Assembly: GCA_963756885.1 (NCBI GenBank)
Contig: CAVWPG010000004.1
Coordinates: forward strand, 443,234-507,233
DNA from: an uncultured Bacteroidales bacterium
Lineage (GTDB): Bacteria > Bacteroidota > Bacteroidia > Bacteroidales > VadinHA17
Reading direction: 5' to 3'
DNA length: 64,000 nt
Both the position numbers and the translations under genes were made by a program. Below the pieces are notes generated by a model. The model did no database searches and was not told the DNA's origin. It saw nothing but the letters and a program-made list of their open reading frames with translations. Of this stretch, positions 53,809 through 64,000 are shown piece after piece; the first letter of the stretch is position 1; each line of letters starts with the position of its first letter.

Positions 53809-54168
53809 GAATCCCGATGGCTATCGGGATTGCGGTATAACCTCTGCGAAACTCTGCGAGAACATTCGTGCTTTACGGAATTTGTGATTATTGATATGTC
53901 TCGCTGATGTACGCAGATTGAAGAACGCTGAGTCCCGCAGATTAAATTGCTTTAACATCTGCGAATCCCGATGGCTATCGGGACTGCGGTAACCTCTGCG
54001 AAACTCTGCGAAGAACATTCATGCTTTACGGAATTTGTGATTATTGATATGTCTCGCTGATGTACGCAGATTGAAGAACGCTGAGTCCCGCCGATTAAAT
54101 TCCTTTAACATCTGCGAATCCCGATGGCTATCGGGACTGCGGTAAACTCTGCGAAACTCTGCGAGAAC
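53809..54168. repeat. About 2.3 tandem copies of a 153-154-bp unit headed by the palindrome TCCCGATGGCTATCGGGA
   Basis: Unit starts at 53809, 53963, 54116; internal TCTGCG/CGCAGA motifs. Confidence 0.88.
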
Positions 54169-54285
54169 CCCTGCGAAAATCTGCGGTTATTGGAATTTGA
54201 CTTTTTCAACACCCTCCTACCGGAAATTCCATAAATACTTGCTATTCTGACCGATACGAAGAATTATACTCTGATATACGAATCA

Positions 54286-54363
54286 ACCACCCCGGCCGGA
54301 ATGATAAGTTGCAAATAGCAAATGTACAGACGGTCCGGCCACCCCTCCTTCAAAAGGAGGGGA
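54286..54363. repeat. REP/MITE-like double hairpin
   Basis: GGCCGGA...TCCGGCC plus CCCCTCCTT-CAA-AAGGAGGGG. Confidence 0.55.
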
Positions 54364-54494
54364 AAATTTCACCAAACAATTTTCAGGTTAAACATGAATC
54401 TGTGTCCGCAGGAAGCAAGAAAAATCCTTTTCAGCTTCACCGGCCTGACTGGCTCTGCCTTCAAATGGGGAACCCGGCAACATGGAACCTTGAA

Positions 54495-54585
54495 CTTTCT
54501 CCTTTTGCTTTTTGCCTTTTGCCTTTTGCCTTTCTCCTTTCTCCTTTTGCCTTTCTCCTTTCTCCTTTCTCCTTTTGCCTTTCTC
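54495..54585. repeat. 13 heptamer repeats (CTTTCTC / CTTTTGC)
   Basis: Direct reading; lies just after the adhesin stop codon. Confidence 0.85.
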
Positions 54586-54592
54586 CTTCCAT

Positions 54593-57500
54593 CTAATGTA
54601 AAAGGGTCACATCGCCAACCTTTTTGAACGGCCGTCCATCTTCATACTTGCCTTCAACGATCCATACATATACTCCCTGAGGACAAAGCTTATGCTGGTA
54701 ATAGCCATTCCAGGGCTTATTGATATCATGCGCTTCGAAGATCAGCACACCGAGCCTGTTGAAGATCTGCAGCTTGTACTTCACAACCTTTATCTGTATC
54801 GGCGGGATAGAAGAACATGTCTACCTCAGTCCCGCCTGTCGGAAGATGATCAATATCTATTTCACCATCCTTGTTGGGGGTAAATACCGTAGCGAACCGT
54901 ATGTCTCCCGGTGGTTCAACAGTTACTCCCGGGTGATAGCAGGTATTTATCGCTGCACCCGTTGTCGGAATAAGCCCATAGCGTTACATCGTAAACCCCC
55001 TCTGCCATATACTTGTGATATGGCTCTGCCAGCTTGGATGTGTCACCGTCGCCAAAATCCCACAAATAATGGCTTGCACCTTCGCTCAGGTTAAAGAAGC
55101 GGACACTCTCATCATTTATAAAGACCTTTTTGGGCGATAGTTCGAAATATGCCTTTGGAGCAGCATAGGAGCTTACAACCTGCGATTTGATTGAGACGCC
55201 TCCCGGACCGGTAACCGTAAGCTCAACCCTGTATATCCCGGGATCGAAATAGGTGTAGGTCGGGTTCTTCGCAGTTGAAGTGCTTCCATCACCAAAATCC
55301 CATTTGTATGTCGTGCCGGGAATGTCGGTGTTGAGAGAGGTATTATTGATATCCAGGTTCAGAGGCTCGCAGCCCGATATCAGGGAATCAAAATCTGCTA
55401 CCGGCGGACCATAGGTGATCATCACCTGATGGGTTACCGACTCAGAGCAATTTGAATTCGATGCAATAAGCGTTACCTGAAAGGTACCGACATTGCCATA
55501 GACATGAGTCGGATCCTTAAGGCTCGTCGAATCACCGTCGCCAAACCTCCAGATCCAGCTCCAGGTTCCTGCATTGGTCTCATTTGTGAACACTACCGGA
55601 TTTCCTGCAGCATTGAATACCTGTGACGGCGGATCAGCACTGAACTGAGGCATCGGTACTGGCATTACAACAATATCGAGTGTTTTAACATCGCTGCAAC
55701 TATAGAATGAGGTCGTGGTAAGTGTGACTGTATGGGTGACAGGTGCCGTAGTAGTATTTGGTATAGAGATGGTTTACACTATGCGAGGAATATCCGCTTA
55801 CACCGTCCCCATAATCCCAGAAATACTTGGTCGCACCGGCCTGGGCTGTAAATGATGATTGAATTCCCGCTGCATACAGTATCCGGACTGGCAGTGAAAG
55901 TAGCATCAATGGCAGGATAAACCGTAACGAGAGTTGTAAATGTATCCAGACATCCTCCTGCAGAGCGCACCGTAAGCTTGACATTGTGATATTCGATTGC
56001 GGATATGCTCATATTTGTGAACTCATGGACAGGGTTCGCATTGACAGAGTCTATTCGGGGAACCATCATCAAAGTCCCACCAGAATTTAGCCAGTCCTGT
56101 CATATCCTTGGAGAAGTGATATAGTTGCAGGAGTACACCCGCTGTTGACATCCCACGAGAAGGAAGCATCAGGTGAATCCACAACTACTGATACATCATC
56201 ACTCCCATAGCATCCCCTGCTGTCCTTCACCTGGTAAGTCAGATTGATAGGTACCTGCAATCTGTGAACTGAAGGAAGGTGACTGGATGTAGTAATTATT
56301 CAGTGGTCCGACATCACCGGTCCAGAGATGAGATGCCCATATTCCGGAACCTCCTGACGGATTGCCGTTTATTACAAGAGGCACTCCTCCGCAGGCATGC
56401 AGCGGATCAACGGCGCTGAAATCCACAACAGGATTGGGATAAACTGTCAGGGTGGCACTGGCAGAGTAGACGGTTGTGCATTTTGCCTTCAGTGACAGCC
56501 TGTACTGATTTCCGTTAAGAGCCAGGGGAGCAGTGGTAAGCGTCATCTGCTGGGAGGTGGTCCCGCTAGTAAATTGCATTATCATAAATATCTGCCCATG
56601 CCCCGCCAGCTGAATACCTGCCATCTCATGGAATCTATCAACCCTGAGCCATTGGCACTGAACAGAACGGGCCCGACACCATCGCAGACAGTCTTGTTAA
56701 CGGGATTGAGAGTGATTACAGGGGGATTGTTGACCCTCAGAACAGCGAAGTTGGAATATACAGGAACGCCACATGTGCCTCCTACAATGACCCTGAAGAT
56801 ATAGTTGTTGAACGTGCCCGGAGCATTTACAATAGTAAGTGTATTAAGATTTGCTCCGCTGAAGTTTACATCATTATTCACATTTACAAACCCTGCACCC
56901 CTGTTGACCTGCCACTGGTATGTGAGACTGGTCCCGGTGGCGGTGACGTTGTAGGTTGCCCCGGCATTCATGCAGATCGTTGAATCTTTGGGCTGGGTCA
57001 TTATCTCAGGCTGCGTATTTACATTAAGTGTCGCATCGGATGAGGTTACCGATGACGAACAACCACTTACCACAACATGGTAAACGTAGCCATTCATAAG
57101 CCTTGTTGCACCGAAAATATTGAGTGTCGGTACAGTTGCGCCGAAGTATACTCCACCGTCACTCACGGGGTTAAATCCGCTCCCTGTATTGACATACCAC
57201 TGATAGGTCAGATCCGTTCCAGTGGCAGTGACATTGTATGCAACCATCCCGAATTCACAGGATGGTGACACTTACAGGCTGGGCAGTTATTGCGGGCAAT
57301 GTCCGTACAAATACGGTGGCGTTTCCAATCAGGTTGGGTGACGGACTCGTCACTTCACATCCATTGGCATCCCTTGCCCTCAGCAGCCTGTAGGTTGTGG
57401 TCACTGCGGTGAAACTGCAATATCCGAGCCGCTGACATATCCTGAAATCGTCCCGAGATTCTCGATGTCCAAATCAAACGGACCCGTACCAACCATCATA

Positions 57501-60500
57501 TTGACCTTCAGAATTGCAGTCTGTGACGGACATATTGTTTCACCTCCGGTCAGGATTGCCAGAGGATTGGGATTGACCCTGATCTCCACAACATTGCTGT
57601 AGACAGGTGCGCACATCCCGGATGTCACCATCCGCCTGTAGTATAGTGTTGTTGTAGCTCCCGGGGCGGGGGTATACTGATTTGCATTTGCCCCTGCGAT
57701 ATTTATGAAAGGTCCTGCTACAGTCGAACCATATTGCCACTGATATGTATATGCGGCCGGTCCGCCCGTGGCAGGTGCCGTCTGGGTGAGCTGACCGGGA
57801 TCGGTACCGCTGCAGACCACCTGATCTGCCGCAATTGTTCCGGGTGCAAGAAGTGCCGGCTGCGTAATATTTATGGTTCCCATGGCATCACAGCCGTTCT
57901 GGTCAGACACTGCAACCGTCACAGTACCCGCTCCCGCTCCGAAGAAAGTCTGCGAGTTGAATCCGGGGAATGAAATAGTCGCCCCTGCCGTATTTGAGAC
58001 TACCGTAAATATATAGGGCATAGTACCACCTGACGCATAGAAAGTGCCTGTCCCCGAGTTATCTCCGAAACAGTTCAGGGTTATATCACCCGTCGATGAC
58101 ATGGCAAGTGTAATCGGCTCGGTAATAACAAGATTGGGATAAAGTATTACTGAACACAAATGGTGGGCTGCATCCCTCAATCTGATATCATAAGTCCCCG
58201 GCAATACATTTGAATAGTTCCCGGAAAGCTGCCATGAGCCGCCGCCGTCAATTGAATACTCATATGTGCCATAACCGCCTGAAGGTGAAGATATCGAGAT
58301 TGTGCCGTCATTTGCTCCGTGGCAGGTAACATCAGTCTTTGAAACTGTTGCAGAGAGCAATCCCGGCTGAGTCACAGGATAGGCACTGTTAAGAACGATC
58401 ACACAGCCAATATGGGCAGCATCCCTGATCAGAATGCTGTACGATCCGGTAGTAAGCCCGGCAAAAGCAGGTGATGATTGCCATGATCCGCCACCATTGA
58501 TGCTGTACTCATATGTACCATATCCTCCCGCTGCGCCGGCAATTGTGATAGTACCGTCATTCCCGCCGAAGCATGATACGTTTGTGCCTGAAATCGTTGC
58601 TGAAAGGACTGCAGGCTGAGTGATTGACAAAGCGTTGTCAAGTGTAATGACACAGCCGGTACTTGCGGCATCCCTGATCCTCACGTCATACGAACCGGGT
58701 GCCAGGTTGCTGAAAGTGCCTGAACCCTGCCAGTTTATACCACCGTTGACTGTATACTGGTAGGCCCCTGAACCTCCCAAAGGAGCAGATATTGTAATAA
58801 TTCCGTTGCTGGCATTGAAGCAGGTGACCATTGTCGGTGTTACCGTTGCATTCAAAACTGCAGGTTCGCTTATTACAAGTGCCGGATTGAGCGCTATCAC
58901 GCAAGCTGTATTCGCAGCATCGCGGATCTGTACGTTGTAGGTGCCCGGCGACAATGCGCTGAAGCTGCCGGATGGCTGCCAGGAGCCACCGCCCGTAACC
59001 GAATAATCATAAGTCCCATATCCGCCAGTGGCCCCTATTATCGTTATTGTACCATTGTTGCTCCCGTTGCAGGTTACATTGGTACCGGAGACTGCCGCTG
59101 CAAGAATGGATGGTTCTGTAATCCTGAGCGATCCGTTAAGTATAATAACGCATCCGTGGTTGGCTGCATCCCGGATCTGAACATTATAGAAACCGGGTGT
59201 CAGTGAGGAGAAAATACCGCCTGCCTGCCATCCTGCCCCTCCGTTTACAGTATACTCATATGAACCATAACCTCCCAGTGGATTAGTTATCGTTATGCTG
59301 CCATCGCCCGCACCAAAGCATGTCACATTCGTGCTTGTAACTGTAGCCGTCAGGACTGCTGGCTGTGATATGACCACAGCAGGGTCGAGAACAACCGCAC
59401 AGGCAATATTTGCTGCATCCCTGATCCTGACGTTATAGCTACCGGGGGTAAGTCCTGTAAAACTGCCCGATCCCTGCCAGGATGTCCCTCCGTCGATGCT
59501 GTACTGATAGGTTCCGTAGCCCCCGAGAGGATTTGTAATTGTTATGCTGCCGTTGCCAGCCCCGAAACAGGAGACATTTGCAGATGCAACTGTTGCAGAA
59601 AGAACAGCAGGCTCAGTTATTACAAGACCCGGATTCAGTATAATAAAGCATCCTACATGTGCCTTGTCCCTGATCCTTACATTGTACGATCCGGGCAGCA
59701 GATTCGTAAAGATCCCCGTGGCCTGCCATCCTGCTCCGCCATTGTTGCTGTACTCATATGTGCCGTAGCCGCCTGAGGGACTTGTAACCGATATTGTGCC
59801 GTTATTTGCTCCATTGCAGGTACTGTTTGTCGAAGTAACCGTCGCCGAAAGAATTGAAGGCTCTGTAATTGAAAGCGAGCTGTTAAGTACGATCTCGCAG
59901 GCCATATTCGCCACATCACGGATATGAACATTATAGGTCGCAGGTGTGAGGCCGCTGAATAAACCTCCGGCCTGCCATACAGTTCCACCGTCTATTGAAT
60001 ATTCATATGCTCCATAACCGCCCGAAGGTGAAGTTATGTTTATAATTCCGTCATTGGCCCCGAAGCAGGTTATATTCGTGGGAGTGACAACCGCATTCAG
60101 AACAGCAGGCTGGGTGATTGCCAGGGAGTTGTTCAGGATTATCACGCAACCTGTGTGGGCTGCATCACGGATCCTGACGCTGTAGTTCCCCGGAACAAGT
60201 GCAGTAAAGATCCCGGATGGCTGCCATGAGCCGCCTCCGTTGATGCTGTAATCATAGGTGCCATAGCCTCCTGTCGGAGCAGTGATAGTAATTGTTCCGT
60301 CTCCTCCGCCAAAGCATGTTACATCGGTTTTTGAAAGTGTTGCTGCGAGAACTGCCGGCTGCTTTATATCCAGGGCACCGTCAAGGATCGCTATGCAGGC
60401 ATGGTTGACTGCATCACGCATCTGCACATTATATGTTGCAGGTGCAAGATTTGAGAAATTGCCAGAGCCTGACCAGTGAGCTCCTCCGTCGATAGTATAC

Positions 60501-63500
60501 TGGTATGACCCGTAGCCTCCTGAAGGAGCGGAGATAGATATCGTCCCGTCATTGGCCCCGAAGCAAGTAACGTCCGCCGGCGTGACAGTGGCATTAAGAA
60601 CAGAAGGTTCAGTTATGACCAGTGCCCCGTTGAGCACGATGACACAGCCTGCATGAGCTGCATCGCGGATCTGAACATTGTATGAAGCCGGAACAAGTGC
60701 GCTGAAGATTCCTGACGGCTGCCATGATACTCCGCCGTCGATGCTGTAATCATAGGTCCCATATCCGCCTGAGGGGGATGAAATTGTTATTGTTCCGTCA
60801 CCGGCGCCGAAGCATGTAACATTAGTGCTGGCAAGATTGGCAGAAAGAGTATTCGGCTCGGTGATCCTGAGCGATCCGTTGAGCGTTTTTACACAACCTG
60901 TATTGGCGGCATCACGAATCTGGACATTATAGAATCCGGGTGTCAGTGCTGTGAAGATGCCTGAGGGCTGCCATGTTCCGCCTCCGTTTACAGTATAATC
61001 GTAGGTTCCGTAACCTCCCACAGGAGATGATATTGTAATCGTCCCGTCGTTGGCTCCGTTGCAGGTCACATTTGTGCTTGCAACTGCAGCTGAAAGAGCT
61101 GCCGGCTGTGTAATTACAAGAGCTGCATTGAGAGTTATCACGCAGGCCGGGTAGGCTGCATCCCGTATTCTCACATTGTATGTAGCAGGAGCCAGTCCGC
61201 TGAATATTCCCGAACCCTGCCATGTAGTACCTCCATTGATTGAGAAGCCGTATGTTCCGTAACCTCCCGCAGGAGAGGAAATTGTTATTGTGCCGTTATT
61301 TGCGCCGAAGCAGCTGACATTGATGGCTGCAACCGATGCTGAAAGAATGTCAGGCTCAGTGATCACAAGGGTGGGATCCAGAGTCATTACGCATGACTTG
61401 TGAACCTTATCCCTTATCTGCACATTATATGTTCCCGGTACCAGGTTAGTGAAAATGCCTGTTGCCTGCCAGGTGCCTCCTCCATTGTCGCTGTACTCAA
61501 ATGTGCCGTAACCACCTGTGGGATTTACAATTGTAATAGTCCCGTTATTGGCCCCGAAGCATGTCACATTAGTCGAATTGACATTGGCATCCAGAACATC
61601 CGGCTCGGTAATTGTGAGTGAATTATTCAGGACTATGACACAGCCTGCATTGGCTGCATCCATTATCCTCACATCATAAGTTGCAGGTGCAAGGTTGCTG
61701 AACAGACCTGTAGGGAACCAGTCCGATCCGCCGTTGATCGAATATTCATATGTGCCATACCCTCCTGCCGGAGCAGTAATGCTGATTATTCCGTCACCAG
61801 CGCCGTTGCATGTCACATTGGTCGGTGTAACGACGGCCCGCAGTACTGCAGGCTGGGTTATCTGAAGCGCATTGTTGAGCACTATTACGCATGAGGTATG
61901 AGCAGCGTCGCGTATCTGGACATTATAGTTGCCTGGTCCGAGATCGGTAAAGATGCCGGATGGCTGCCATGACCCGCCGCCGTTTATGCTGTACCCGTAT
62001 GTACCATAGCCGCCGGAGGGTGCTGATACAGTTATTGTACCATCTCCCGCGCCAAAGCATGTGATATTGGTCCTTGTCACTGAAGCCGTGAGAACAGCAG
62101 GCTGTGAAATTACAAGTCCGCCGTCGAGAGTTATAACACACAGAGGATTGGCCGCATCCCTTATCCTGACGTCGTATGTAGCCGGAGCCAGGTTTGTAAA
62201 GTTGCCAAGGCCGCTCCAGTTGGTGCCTCCGTCAATACTGTACTCGTAAGTCCCATAGCCGCCTGATGCGCCCGTAATTGCAATTATCCCGTTATGGGCC
62301 CCAAAGCATGTAACGTTTGTGGGGGTTACAGTAGCAGCAAGTATCGCAGGTTCAGTTATTGAAAGAGAGGAATTGAGAATCACAACGCAGGCAATATGGG
62401 CGGCATCCCTGATCTGAACATTATAGCTGCCCGGAGCCAGGTTGCTGAATGATCCTGTGAGTTGCCAGTTTGCTCCGCCGTCATCGCTGTACTGATAGGT
62501 GCCGTATCCTCCCGATGGGGAAGATACAGTAATTGTTCCGTTGGCTGCACCATTGCAGGTAACATTTGTCCTTGCAACGCTGGCATTCAGAACGGCAGGC
62601 TCAGTGACATTAACAGATCCGTTGACGGTAAAAATGCAACCCTGGTTGGCAGCATCCCTGATCTTTACATTATAGAAGCCGGGAGTCAGTCCTGTGAAGC
62701 TGTTGGATGACTGCCAGATTAATCCTCCGTTTATTGTATATTCATATGTGCCATAACCTCCGGCCGCACCATTTATAGTTATGGTACCGTCAGCAGCACT
62801 ATTGCATGTTACATTCGTTTTCAGCAGCGTCGCACTTAGTGCGGCGGGCTCTGTAATCACAACGGCCGGATTCAGGGCAATAACGCATCCCGTATGGGCT
62901 GCATCGCGGATCCGTATATTGTATGTGCCAGGAACAAGGTTTGTGAAATTCCCTGATCCCTGCCATATCGTTCCCCCGTTTATGCTGTAGCTGTATGATC
63001 CGTATCCTCCTGTCGGTGAAGATATTGTAATCGTCCCATCGCCCGATCCGAAACAGGTCACATTTGTAAAGGCAACTGCAGCATTCAGAACTGCGGGCTC
63101 CGAAATTACAACTGCCGGATCGAGAATAACGAAGCATCCGGGATGCGCTTTATCCCTTATCCTTACATTATATGTGGCCGGAGGAAGCCCTGGAAAAGCA
63201 GGTGAATCCTGCCAGTTGCCTCCGCCATTGTCGCTGTACTGATATGTGCCATAGCCTCCGGCAGAATTGGTGACAGTGATAACACCGTCAGATGAACCGA
63301 AGCAGGTAACATCAGATTTGATAACCAGTCCAGTCAGAGGGGCTGGCTGTGTTATCTGGAGTCCTGCATTGAGAATTATTTCGCAGGCTGCATTTGCAGC
63401 ATCCCTTATCCTTACATCGTAGGTTCCAGGAGCCAGTCCGCTGAACAAGCCCGGACCCTGCCAGTGTGCTCCTCCATCTGATGAGTACTCCCAGGTGCCA

Positions 63501-64000
63501 TGACCGCCTGTCGGGGAGGTAATATTGATTGATCCGTCACCAGCTCCGTTGCAGGTCACATTTGTTGAGGCAACTGATGCACCCAGAACGGCAGGCTGTG
63601 TGATCACGAGGGCATTGTTCAGTATTATGTAGCAGCCGGTGAAGGCAGCATCGCGGATCTGAACATTGTAGGTTCCCGGTGAAAGGTTCGAATAATTTCC
63701 GCCAGGCTGCCAGGAGCCTCCCCCGTTTATGCTGTAGTCATATGCCCCGCTTCCTCCCGCAGGAGCAGATATTGTAATTGTACCGTCGGTTGATCCGAAG
63801 CATGAGATATTTGTGCTGGTCACGGTTGCTGAAAGAGCTGGAGGCTGCTTTATTGTAACTGATGTCAGTGCAATTTCACAAGCCATATTGACTGCATCCC
63901 TGATCATAACATCATAATTCCCGGGAGCAAGGCTGGTAAAGTTGCCGGATCCCTGCCAGGTTGATCCTCCGTCAACCGAATAGCCGTAGGTTCCGTAGCC
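54593..64000 (-). CDS. Giant T9SS adhesin (SprB repeats, Ig-like and PKD domains, gliding-motility/CHU type-B CTD); 5' end outside the window, 3' part frameshifted
   Basis: Frame open to the window edge; about 24 repeats of 83 aa (TC(F/N)G..DG...GGYGTY.YS..GG..WQ); WDFGDG PKD motifs; C-terminal IFNRLG..WNG..GVY..GDVTLLH. Confidence 0.88.

Overview
Chromosomal segment of a Bacteroidota (Bacteroidales-like) genome, judged from TAnnTTTG -7 promoter boxes, the gene set and a T9SS type-B CTD. 0.1-3.0 kb: two identical IS4-family elements, each inserted at the apex of a 27-bp REP-like palindrome. 3-39.6 kb: housekeeping genes (manC, mlaEF, trpS, rbfA, lolC/E-like, rpoN, asnS, gldA-like, cysS, ispG, rnr) and two convergent methionine operons: metK under a SAM-II-like riboswitch, and metY-hom-metH-metF under a SAM-I riboswitch followed by an unannotated Met/Cys-rich leader peptide. 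39.7-53.7 kb: accessory region with an orphan PqqD/HPr-kinase/S26/ABC cassette, two small HTH regulators, a 7 x 338-bp non-coding tandem array carrying the same REP hairpin that flanks an adjacent Y1 HUH (IS200/RAYT-type) transposase, and a double-glycine bacteriocin cluster with a low-GC immunity-like cassette. 53.7-54.6 kb: several repeat families. 54.6-64 kb: 3' part of a giant SprB-repeat/Ig/PKD adhesin with a 7-domain (1743-bp) super-repeat. Frameshifts in metH, rnr, the C39 transporter and the adhesin C-terminus are probably assembly indel errors. The best candidate for an undescribed system is the REP-bearing 338-bp array coupled to the HUH transposase. All calls come from reading the sequence; no searches were run.
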